Positions 9,143-17,210 of a stretch of DNA of 64,000 nucleotides are shown here, one piece after another; the stretch's first letter is position 1, and the number at the start of each line of letters is the position of its first letter. The DNA is taken from assembly GCA_965247135.1 (NCBI GenBank), contig CBDFGP010000004.1, forward strand, positions 912,814-976,813, in the 5' to 3' direction. The DNA comes from Hymenobacter sp. Its GTDB lineage: Bacteria > Bacteroidota > Bacteroidia > Cytophagales > Hymenobacteraceae. A program made the translations under genes and the position numbers. Below the pieces are notes generated by a model. The model ran no database searches and was not told the DNA's origin. It saw nothing but the letters and a program-made list of their open reading frames with translations.

Positions 9143-9671
9143 CGTCGGCCGTTACTATTTCCAAAATTGGTAAGTCGCCGTCGTGGTCCATGTTCGCTTC
9201 TTCGTAAAAATGCATGATGCAATAAACAGGGTTTGCCAATTCCTGTTCACCAGCGGTTGTTGTTAGCTTGTCGGTTTTGTACGCAAATGAGTTGCCGTCG
9301 CGGTCGAACTTTTGGAAGTGTGGAGTTTCGATTTTTTGCTCGCTTAACCGCTGGTTACCCGGCGGGTTGCGGTGGGCACGGCCTTTGGAATCGTACCGTA
9401 ATAATGGCGGAGCCATAAAAAGGTGGTCACTTAACCTGAACTTGAAAGCTTGGTTGTTGACAACACTCAATTCGGCTGCAAATTCCATTGCTGAATCAGG
9501 TTGATTGTGCTCAACTGGGAGGTAAGTTGCCATTACCCCCGGCCTACCTTTTTTGGTTGCTTTACGCGACAAAATAATGCCGGGGCCACTTGTTGATTTG
9601 GTACAAGTAAGCAGCCCCTCATAATCAGGATATTTTTCCTTTACCTCCCGGCAAACGTCAGTTTCGGCCAT
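9078..9671 (-). CDS. AT-rich hypothetical protein with RYD-x-x-G-x-x-HRNP...PHF motif (DUF6978-like), overlapping the downstream gene
   Basis: Motif LLRYDSKGRAHRNPPG...IETPHFQ; overlap suggests translational coupling to 8261-9142. Confidence 0.6.
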   Translation of the reverse strand: MAETDVCREVKEKYPDYEGLLTCTKSTSGPGIILSRKATKKGRPGVMATYLPVEHNQPDSAMEFAAELSVVNNQAFKFRLSDHLFMAPPLLRYDSKGRAHRNPPGNQRLSEQKIETPHFQKFDRDGNSFAYKTDKLTTTAGEQELANPVYCIMHFYEEANMDHDGDLPILEIVTADDELFPSLPPQTDPNSHVRYFA

Positions 9672-9762
9672 TGTATCAAAGCTGTTCGGGTGTAAGGCAA
9701 ATCAGGTTTAGCGGCAGCAAGTTAAGTAGTAATCATCGAAACGAAGTTTTGAGCGGATATCC

Positions 9763-9862
9763 TTACTCCTGCCCGGCCAGCAAATCCTCAAACGTCTGCC
9801 GCCGCCGAATCTGGCGCAGCGCGCCGTTTTCGAGCAGCACCTCGGCCGGGCGGGGGCGGCTG
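9763..9862 (-). pseudogene. Orphan duplicate of the last 100 bp of lysA
   Basis: 93/100 identical to 10637-10736; encodes SRPRPAEVLLENGALRQIRRRQTFEDLLAGQE*. Confidence 0.95.
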
Positions 9863-9863
9863 C

Positions 9864-10238
9864 TCACCGATGCGTGACGAGCAAAGTGCGCGACAATTCC
9901 ACGTAAGAATGATGGGTGAGTAGGTTCGTGAGTTGCGGCAGAAACCGGCGAAACAGTTCCAGCAAATCGGGGGTGCGGATATTGCCCGTGGACACCAGCA
10001 GCAATTTGTAGGGCTGACCGTGCAGTAAAAAACTGTTGACAAAATCAGCGTCCTTGGTAATTACGACGCGCTTTTCGGCCATCGAAAGCTGCGTTATGCT
10101 GCTGTCCTGAGTGCGGTTGGCAGCGGGCAGGTCGAGGGTGTGCAGGCAGTCGCAACCGCCGTGGAAGGCCAGAAAGCGGGCCAGTTGCCGGGGCAGTTGA
10201 GCATCGACCAGCAGCCGCAACGGTTCGGGGCGGCTCAC
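9864..10238 (-). CDS. DUF5615-family PIN-like toxin
   Basis: LLVDAQLP...D..I...EKRVVITKDADF motif; ATGA overlap with the upstream DUF433 gene. Confidence 0.88.
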   Translation of the reverse strand: MSRPEPLRLLVDAQLPRQLARFLAFHGGCDCLHTLDLPAANRTQDSSITQLSMAEKRVVITKDADFVNSFLLHGQPYKLLLVSTGNIRTPDLLELFRRFLPQLTNLLTHHSYVELSRTLLVTHR

Positions 10239-10474
10239 GAAGCCAGCCGGTACACCGACCGCACTTGCAACACCTCGGCCGCATACGCCTGGCAGGCCCG
10301 CAGGTCTTCGGCCTCCAGGTCTTCGTAGTCGGCCAGAATTTCGGCCTCCGTCATGCCCGAGGCCAGGTATTCTAGCACGTTTTGCACCGGGTAGCGCAGG
10401 CCGCGCACCGTGGGCTGCCCGTGGCAGATGGTGGGGTCGATAGTGATGCGGGGGTGCAACGCGAAAGTATCCAT
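10235..10474 (-). CDS. DUF433-family antitoxin
   Basis: RITIDPTICHGQPTVRGLRYPV...GMTEAEILADYEDLEAEDLRACQAYA signature. Confidence 0.92.
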   Translation of the reverse strand: MDTFALHPRITIDPTICHGQPTVRGLRYPVQNVLEYLASGMTEAEILADYEDLEAEDLRACQAYAAEVLQVRSVYRLAS

Positions 10475-10582
10475 TGCACTAAGGTAAGCACACGGGCGAG
10501 AAGGCGGGGCAAAAAAAGACTCGCCCTGGTACGCTGTTCAAGTGGGAAGCGTGGCGAGTACTATTGTCACAAAGGTACGGGC

Positions 10583-10634
10583 ATGTTGTGTTTCTAAAAA
10601 GTGTGGTTTTTAACACTTTTTAGAAACACAACAT
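10583..10634. repeat. Perfect 22-bp AT-rich inverted repeat just after the lysA stop
   Basis: atgttgtgtttctaaaaagtgt / acactttttagaaacacaacat. Confidence 0.85.
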
Positions 10635-10636
10635 AC

Positions 10637-11833
10637 CTACTCCTGCCCTTCCAGCAAATCCTCGAACGTCTGCCGCCGCCGAATCTGGCGCAGCTCGCCG
10701 TTTTCCAGCAGCACCTCGGCGGGGCGGGGGCGGCTGTTGAAGCTGCTGCTCATCTCGAAGCCGTAGGCCCCGGCGTTGTGGAAGGCCAGCAGGTCGCCCT
10801 CGCGCACTTCGGGCAGCAGCCGGTCCCAGGCAAAGGTGTCGGTTTCGCAGATGTTGCCCACCACGGTGTAGAGGCGCTCCGGCCCGGTGGGGTTGCTCAG
10901 GTTGCTGAGGTGGTGGTAGCTGTCGTAGAACATGGGCCGGATGAGGTGGTTGAAGCCCGAATCGACGCCCGCAAACACGGTGGCCGTGGTTTGCTTGACC
11001 ACCGCCACGCGCACCAGCAGCCAGCCGGCTTCGCTGACGAGGTACTTGCCCGGCTCGAACCAGCATTCCAGCGGCCTTCCGTATTCCTGCTCGAACCCGG
11101 CGAAGGCCGCCGCCACTTGCTGCCCCAGGGCGGCGACGTCGGTCTCGGGGTCGCCGGGCTTGTAGGGCACCTTGAAGCCGGAACCGAGGTCCAGAAACGC
11201 CAAATCGGGGAAGCGCCCGGCCGCGTCGAAGAGCACCTCCAGCCCCCGCAGAAACACGCCCACGTCCTTGATTTCGGAGCCGGTGTGCATATGCAGCCCG
11301 CGCACGTGCAGGCCGGTACCCTTCACGACCCGCTCCAGGTGCCGCAGCTGGTGAATGCTGATGCCAAACTTGGAGTCAATGTGCCCGGTCGAAATCTTGT
11401 AGTTGCCGCCCGCCTCAATGTGCGGGTTCAGCCGGACGCACACCGGGTAGCTGCCGCCAAAGGTGGCCCCGAAGCGCTCCAGCAGCGAAATGTTGTCAAT
11501 GTTGAGGTTTACGCCCAGGTCTTTGGCCTGCACGAGTTCGGCAAACGTCACGCCGTTGGGCGTGAAGAGGATGTCGGCGGGCGCAAAGCCCGCGTGTAGC
11601 CCCAGCCGCACTTCGTTGATGCTGACGCAATCCAGCCCCGCGCCCAACCCGTGCATCAAGCGCAGAATGGCCACGTTGCTCAGGGCTTTGCAGGCGTAGA
11701 AAAACCGGGTGGGGTGCCCGGCAAAGGCGGTGGTGAGCTTGTGGTACTGCCGGGCAATGGTGTCGGGCTGATAGACGTAGAGCGGGGTGCCGAATTGGGC
11801 AGCGGCGGCGAGGAGTTCGCGAGGAGGAAGCAT
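10637..11833 (-). CDS. lysA: Diaminopimelate decarboxylase
   Basis: YACKA PLP lysine, SKFGI, HMHTGS, LDLGSGF, EPGKYLV, GNICETD, GAYG motifs. Confidence 0.97.
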   Translation of the reverse strand: MLPPRELLAAAAQFGTPLYVYQPDTIARQYHKLTTAFAGHPTRFFYACKALSNVAILRLMHGLGAGLDCVSINEVRLGLHAGFAPADILFTPNGVTFAELVQAKDLGVNLNIDNISLLERFGATFGGSYPVCVRLNPHIEAGGNYKISTGHIDSKFGISIHQLRHLERVVKGTGLHVRGLHMHTGSEIKDVGVFLRGLEVLFDAAGRFPDLAFLDLGSGFKVPYKPGDPETDVAALGQQVAAAFAGFEQEYGRPLECWFEPGKYLVSEAGWLLVRVAVVKQTTATVFAGVDSGFNHLIRPMFYDSYHHLSNLSNPTGPERLYTVVGNICETDTFAWDRLLPEVREGDLLAFHNAGAYGFEMSSSFNSRPRPAEVLLENGELRQIRRRQTFEDLLEGQE

Positions 11834-11837
11834 AGCG

Positions 11838-11922
11838 TTTGGTGCTTGGTTGTTGGTGCTTGGTACTTGGCATCAGGCTTCGGAATCCGCCAAGCACCAA
11901 GCACCAACAACCAAGCACCAAA
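11838..11922. repeat. Heptamer-based fold-back repeat (TGGTGCT)n...(AGCACCA)n
   Basis: About 34-bp arms built from degenerate 7-mers between the chromate transporter gene and lysA. Confidence 0.8.
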
Positions 11923-11923
11923 A

Positions 11924-13216
11924 TTACCCCACCACCACGCCTGCCGCCAGCGCCACCCCAATCAGGGCCACACTTGGCACCTTTTCCCAGAGCAGCACCA
12001 AGAACGTGACCCCCACCAGCAGCGGATTGAGCGGAATGACGGTAATCGGCCCGATGTGGCCCGGAAAATCCAGCAGCCGGTAGGGCAGGGGGTGGTAGAG
12101 CAGAAACGTGGCCGCGCACACCAGCCCGGCGCTCACGGCGTTGATGCCTTCGAGCGAGGCTTGCACGGCCCGGTACTGCCGCATCCGGTCCCAGAACCGG
12201 ATGACGAAGAAAATGAGCAGCGTGCCCGGCAAAAAGATGCCCGTGGCCCCCACCACCGCGCCCAGCACCATGCTCAGGTTGCCGCCGCCGGTGGGCCGCA
12301 TGGCCAGCGCCCCGATGTAGGCGGCCAGCGAGAAATTCGGCCCCGGCATGGCCTGCACCAGCCCCAGCCCCGACAAAAACTCTGGCCCCGACAGGTAATG
12401 CTTGAACTCGACGAACTCGGCAAACAGCAGCGGGGCCAGCACCTGCCCGCCCCCAAACACGAGCGACCCGTTGCGGAAAAAGTTTTCGAACAGCCGCACC
12501 GGCAGCCACTGCGTGTAGTGGCCCAGCAGCGCCGCCCCCAGCAAAATGCCCAGCCACAGCGCCCCGTTGGCCCACTGAATGCGCACCGGGTTTTTCTCGT
12601 GCACAATGGCGTGCTTGCGGTAGCGCACCGTGGTGACGGCCCCGCCCGCTACCAGCAGCACCGGCAGCACCCAGGGCAACTGAAAAAAGTAGGCCACCAT
12701 CGCCGCCATCACCATCAGCCCCACGGCGGTTTTGGTGTGAATGACCTTCTCAGAAATGCGGTAGGCCGAAAACGCCACGAAGCCCACCGCCACCGGCTGC
12801 ACAAACTGCACCAGCGCGGCCATCTTCTGCGGAGCGAGGTGGCTCAGGGTGAGGGCCGCCGTGGTCATGAGCAGCACCGCCGGGGCCGCCCACACAAACA
12901 AGGTCAGGTAGGCCAGGTTCGGCCCGCCCAGCCGGTAGCCAATCACGGTAATGGTTTGGGTCGAGGTTGGCCCCGGCAGCAGTTGGCACAGGGCCTGCAA
13001 CTCCAGCAATTCGTTGGCGCTCAAGTAGCGGCGCTTTTCTACCAATAGCCGAAAAAACATGGCCAGGTGCGCCTGCGGCCCCCCAAACGCCGTGAGGGCC
13101 AGCACCGCCACGTCCTTCAAAAAGATAATGCCCCGCACCCGGCGCGTCCGCGCCCCCCGGCGGCGCGGGGGCACGGCCAGCGAAGCCGCAGGGGCAGAAA
13201 CGGGGCTGGGTTGCAC
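11924..13216 (-). CDS. chrA: Chromate efflux transporter (CHR family)
   Basis: AFGGPQAH, CQLLPGPTSTQ, FGGGQVL, QAMPGPNFS motifs in two homologous halves. Confidence 0.93.
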   Translation of the reverse strand: MQPSPVSAPAASLAVPPRRRGARTRRVRGIIFLKDVAVLALTAFGGPQAHLAMFFRLLVEKRRYLSANELLELQALCQLLPGPTSTQTITVIGYRLGGPNLAYLTLFVWAAPAVLLMTTAALTLSHLAPQKMAALVQFVQPVAVGFVAFSAYRISEKVIHTKTAVGLMVMAAMVAYFFQLPWVLPVLLVAGGAVTTVRYRKHAIVHEKNPVRIQWANGALWLGILLGAALLGHYTQWLPVRLFENFFRNGSLVFGGGQVLAPLLFAEFVEFKHYLSGPEFLSGLGLVQAMPGPNFSLAAYIGALAMRPTGGGNLSMVLGAVVGATGIFLPGTLLIFFVIRFWDRMRQYRAVQASLEGINAVSAGLVCAATFLLYHPLPYRLLDFPGHIGPITVIPLNPLLVGVTFLVLLWEKVPSVALIGVALAAGVVVG

Positions 13217-13267
13217 GGCAAAAAGCAGTTAGGTGTAGTGGTTTAGAAGCCCGAAGATAGGGCCAAC

Positions 13268-13675
13268 TCACAGAAACCGGCTTCGCAATTCCGGCGTGGG
13301 CAGCCAGCAGCTTTCCTGCCGCCCAAACCAACGGTAGCGGTGCCGGGCCACCCAGCGGTACAGCCCGTCGCGCCAGGCGCGGGGCAACACCCCGCCCATG
13401 CCCAGCAGCCGCCAGGGCCAGCCCAGCCGCCGCGCAACCTGCAACACCGCCGTGGAGTGTGAATACACCTGTCCGTCGGCCACCAGCCGCACCGAATCGG
13501 GCGTTGCTTCGGGGGCAGCGGCGGCCCCGTGGGCCGCCAGCAGGGCCTGCCCCGCCGCGCTTTGCAACGCCGCAAACCGGAACTGCCCCGCCGCGTCGTG
13601 CCGGATAACGAACTGCACAAACCCGTTGCAGAGGTTGCACACGCCGTCGAAAAGAATAACCGGCGAATCGGCCAC
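13268..13675 (-). CDS. DCC1-like thiol-disulfide oxidoreductase (DUF393)
   Basis: ILFDGVCNLCNGFV, FAALQS, YRWVARHRYRWFG motifs. Confidence 0.93.
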   Translation of the reverse strand: MADSPVILFDGVCNLCNGFVQFVIRHDAAGQFRFAALQSAAGQALLAAHGAAAAPEATPDSVRLVADGQVYSHSTAVLQVARRLGWPWRLLGMGGVLPRAWRDGLYRWVARHRYRWFGRQESCWLPTPELRSRFL

Positions 13676-13692
13676 GGGAGCAAAAGAACGGC

Positions 13693-13799
13693 GTGGTCAG
13701 ACGACTTTTTTAGTCGTCTGACCACTATTCGCAGAACGAGTCATGAACAGCACCGAGCGGCAATTAGTGGTCGGACGACTGAAAAAGTCGTTGGACCAC
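13693..13799. repeat. Doublet of REP-like hairpins (GTGGTC(A/G)GACGACT...AGTCGT...GACCAC)
   Basis: Hairpins 13693-13725 and 13767-13799; share the AACGGCGTGGT...ACCACTA foot with the 7165-7280 doublet. Confidence 0.8.
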
Positions 13800-13818
13800 A
13801 CCCGCCTTTAACCCAACA

Positions 13819-14796
13819 TTATTTTTTCTTTAAGCCCAGTTCAATCAGCCGCTCGTTCAGAAACTCCCCGGCCGTGATGTCGGCCTCTTTCTTGGGGTTG
13901 TCGGGCGTAACGCAATGGGCGAGGGCGGCCAGGCTCATTTCGGAGCGCGGGTGCATAAAGAACGGAATGCTGAAACGCGAGGTGTTCATTTTCTCGCGGG
14001 CCGGGTTCACCACCCGGTGAATGGTGCTTTTCAGTACGCCGTTGGTCAGGCGTTGCAGCATATCGCCCACGTTCACCACAATCTGGTCGGGCAGGGCCGT
14101 GATGGCAATCCATTTGCCGTCGCGGCGCTTCACTTGCAGGCCGTCGGCGCTGGCTCCCATCAGCAAGGTTATCAGGTTGATGTCGCCGTGTTCGGCGGCC
14201 CGCACGGCATCAGCGGGCACGGCATCGGGGTCTTCGATGGGGAAGTAGTGGATGGGCCGCAGGATGCTGTTGCCGTGCTTCACCTTGTCGTCGAAATAGT
14301 TTTCGGGCAACTCCAGGTACAGCGCAATGGCCCGCAACACGTCCTGGCCCGCGCTTTCGAGGGTGCGGTAGGCCGTGAAGGTGCTTTTTTGGAAACCGGG
14401 CACCTCGGTGGGCCAAATGTTGGCCGGGTATTCTTTTTTGATGGGGTCGGTGTCGTCGGCCACTTCCTGGCCCACGTGGTAAAACTCCTTCAGGTCGCCG
14501 GTGTTGCGGCCTTTGGCGTGTTCCTTGCCCTTGCCGATGTAGCCGCGCTGCCCGGCCAGTTCGGGTTTTTCGTAGCGCTGCTTGTCGGCATCGGGCAGTT
14601 GAAAAAACGTTTGTACGTCGGCATACAACGCTTTGGTTTGTTCGTGGTTGAGGCCGTGGTTTTTCAGGGCCACGAAGCCAATGTTTTGATAGGCGGCACC
14701 AAGCTGTTGCACGAATCCGGCTTTGCGGGCGGGGTCGCCGGAGCGGAAATCAGCAAGGTCGAGCGAAGGAATCTGGTCGAGAAGTTGGTCGGTCAT
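13819..14796 (-). CDS. Isopenicillin N synthase-family 2OG-Fe(II) oxygenase
   Basis: HGDINLITLL (HxD), NVGDMLQRLTNG, HRV and RFSIPFF motifs. Confidence 0.92.
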   Translation of the reverse strand: MTDQLLDQIPSLDLADFRSGDPARKAGFVQQLGAAYQNIGFVALKNHGLNHEQTKALYADVQTFFQLPDADKQRYEKPELAGQRGYIGKGKEHAKGRNTGDLKEFYHVGQEVADDTDPIKKEYPANIWPTEVPGFQKSTFTAYRTLESAGQDVLRAIALYLELPENYFDDKVKHGNSILRPIHYFPIEDPDAVPADAVRAAEHGDINLITLLMGASADGLQVKRRDGKWIAITALPDQIVVNVGDMLQRLTNGVLKSTIHRVVNPAREKMNTSRFSIPFFMHPRSEMSLAALAHCVTPDNPKKEADITAGEFLNERLIELGLKKK

Positions 14797-14939
14797 AAAG
14801 TGTAGAAGGGAAGAGAAAAGTAAAGCAACGGATTCAGCTTAGCGGCCGCAAGGTAGAAACAATCTTGCGGCGAAGGCGTATTTCGGCGTATCATTGCAGC
14901 GTAAAGAACAGCATTTTCGCACTTATTCTTGGTTTTTTT

Positions 14940-15800
14940 ATGAAAACGTCCTTATTTCTGCTTAGTTCCACGGCGGTAGTTTTTGCGCTGCTGAGCGGCT
15001 GCGAGGCTGCTAAAGAACCGACCGAGACCACCGTCACGGCCCCAGAAATCAGCAGCCCGGCTTCGGGCAGCCTGCCCCATGCCGTGGGGCCGGGCATCGA
15101 GAAGAACGGCATTCGCCTGACTTCATTTGAAGATTCACCCCGGTTTTTGGATGCCCGGATGAAAATGACGCAGCCCGAACCGATGGTGACGCTGCTCAAG
15201 CCCGAGGTCACGTTCAGCTACGAAGTCACCAACTTCAAGCTCACCAAGATGACCGAAAGTGACCACACCAGCCAGATGGCCAACTCGGCCAAAGGCCAGC
15301 ACATTCACCTGATTGTGGACAACCAGCCCTACACGGCTCTCTACGGCACCACCTACACCAAAAAGCTGGAGTACGGGCCGCACGTGCTGCTCTCGTTTCT
15401 CTCGCGCTCGTACCACGAAAGCCTCAAGCACGCCGGGGCCTACGACCTGCGGGCCATTTTTGTGGGCGACGTGCCCGCCGGCACCCCGCCCCTGATTGAC
15501 GTGACCAAGCCCATGATGTTCTACAGCCGCCCCAAAGACACCTACGCCGGGGCCGATGCCAAGCGCATCATGCTGGATTTTTACCTCGTGAACACCGACC
15601 TCGCCCCCAACGGTAACAAGGTGCGGGCCACCATCAACGGCATCGAGTTCATGCTGGACCGCTGGGCACCCTACATGATGGAGGGCCTGCCGGCTGGCGA
15701 AAACACCGTCAAGCTGGAGCTGCTCGATGCCAGCGGCGAACTTATGCCGGGGCTGTACAACAGCGTGACGCGCACCTTCACGGTGCAGCCGCAGAGCTAA
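14940..15800 (+). CDS. Hypothetical lipoprotein
   Basis: Lipobox LLSGC after ATG 14940; GQHIHLIVDNQPY motif; beta-rich C-terminal domain. Confidence 0.8.
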   Translation: MKTSLFLLSSTAVVFALLSGCEAAKEPTETTVTAPEISSPASGSLPHAVGPGIEKNGIRLTSFEDSPRFLDARMKMTQPEPMVTLLKPEVTFSYEVTNFKLTKMTESDHTSQMANSAKGQHIHLIVDNQPYTALYGTTYTKKLEYGPHVLLSFLSRSYHESLKHAGAYDLRAIFVGDVPAGTPPLIDVTKPMMFYSRPKDTYAGADAKRIMLDFYLVNTDLAPNGNKVRATINGIEFMLDRWAPYMMEGLPAGENTVKLELLDASGELMPGLYNSVTRTFTVQPQS

Positions 15801-15888
15801 GTTTCTTGTTCTTTGTTGCTCGTTTCTGGTTGTTCGTCTAAGTCGTTGCTGCCAACAAGAAACAAGCAACGAGTAACCAGAAACAAAA
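15801..15888. repeat. Heptamer-based fold-back repeat upstream of mcrB
   Basis: gtttcttgttctttgttgctcgtttctggttg...caacaagaaacaagcaacgagtaaccagaaac. Confidence 0.7.
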
Positions 15889-15892
15889 TAGT

Positions 15893-17200
15893 ATGTTCGT
15901 TTCCCTCACCCGTGAATCGGTATTGCGGGCTTTGCGGCAGATAGACCGCGCCGCGCCGCTGTTGCCGCCCAGCACGGTGTACGAACTGGTGTACCGGGGC
16001 CGCCGCTACCCGCCCCGCGCCGTGGCTGCCTGGGCCTACCGCCTGACCACCAGCGACCCCGCTGCCCGCTGGCCCCTGCCCGCCGGTCAGCCCACCAACG
16101 CCGCCCTCGAAGCCCTGGACTTCACCATCAGCACCAAGCGGCCCGTGCTGGCCCCCGGCGCGGGCCACGATGCCGAAACCGCCGCCCAGCAGCAAGCCGA
16201 AGACCTCTACACCGGCCCCGATGCGCCCCGGCCGTTGGCCCGCGCCACTGCGCTGACTTTCGTGGTGGCCGAACCGCAACCGCCCTACCCTCAGCCGCCA
16301 GTTGCGCCCTACACCCGCGCCGATGCGTTGGCCGAGCTGTTCATTTCGGCCGAAGTGCTGGATGCGGCCCTGGCGGGCCTGGCCCGCCGCCGCAACCTGC
16401 TGCTGCAAGGCCCGCCCGGCACGGGCAAAACCTTCCTGGCCCGCCGCCTTGCCTGGCTCCTGCTGGGCCACCGCGACGATAGCCGGATTGAACTGGTGCA
16501 GTTCCACCCCAGCTACGGCTACGAGGACTTCCTGCTCGGCTTCCGGCCCGATGCGCGGGGTCGCTTCCGGCTGGTGCCAGGCGTGGTGCCGCTGCTGTGC
16601 CAACGGGCCGCTGCCGACCCCGAAAACCCCTATTTTCTGCTAATTGACGAGCTGAACCGGGGCAACGTAACCCGCATTTTCGGGGAGCTGCTGCTCTTGC
16701 TGGAAGCCGACAAGCGCGGCCCCGCCCACGCCCTGCGCCTGCCCTACGCTGCGCCCGACGACCCCCTGTTTTTCGTGCCCGCCAACCTGTTCGTCATCGG
16801 CACCCTCAACCTGGCCGACCGCGCCCTGGCTCCGTTGGATTATGCGTTGCGCCGCCGTTTTGCGCTGCTGCCCCTGCCGCCGCAGTTTGGCCCGGCACTG
16901 CGCGGTTTTCTGCTGGCCCGCCACGTCCCGGCCGTTGTGGTCGAGCGCGTCGTTGAGCGCTTCACCAAGCTCAACCAAACCATTGCCGACGACCCCGAAC
17001 TCGGCCCCGATTTCCTGGTCGGCCACAGCTACTTCTGCCAACCGCCGGGTGATTTGGCCAGCAACCCGGCCGCTGCCGAAACGTGGTATCAGCAAGTGGT
17101 GGCCCAGGAAATCGCGCCGCTCCTGGCCGATTATTGGCGCGAACAACCTGCAACAACAGCGGCGCAAGTCCGCAAATTGACTGAAGTTCAGCGTAGCTAA
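15893..17200 (+). CDS. mcrB: McrB-family AAA+ GTPase (type IV restriction)
   Basis: GPPGTGKT, VQFHPSYGYEDF, LIDELNRG, GTLNLADR, ALRRRF, VGHSYF. Confidence 0.93.
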   Translation: MFVSLTRESVLRALRQIDRAAPLLPPSTVYELVYRGRRYPPRAVAAWAYRLTTSDPAARWPLPAGQPTNAALEALDFTISTKRPVLAPGAGHDAETAAQQQAEDLYTGPDAPRPLARATALTFVVAEPQPPYPQPPVAPYTRADALAELFISAEVLDAALAGLARRRNLLLQGPPGTGKTFLARRLAWLLLGHRDDSRIELVQFHPSYGYEDFLLGFRPDARGRFRLVPGVVPLLCQRAAADPENPYFLLIDELNRGNVTRIFGELLLLLEADKRGPAHALRLPYAAPDDPLFFVPANLFVIGTLNLADRALAPLDYALRRRFALLPLPPQFGPALRGFLLARHVPAVVVERVVERFTKLNQTIADDPELGPDFLVGHSYFCQPPGDLASNPAAAETWYQQVVAQEIAPLLADYWREQPATTAAQVRKLTEVQRS

Positions 17201-17210
17201 CAGGCGGTCT

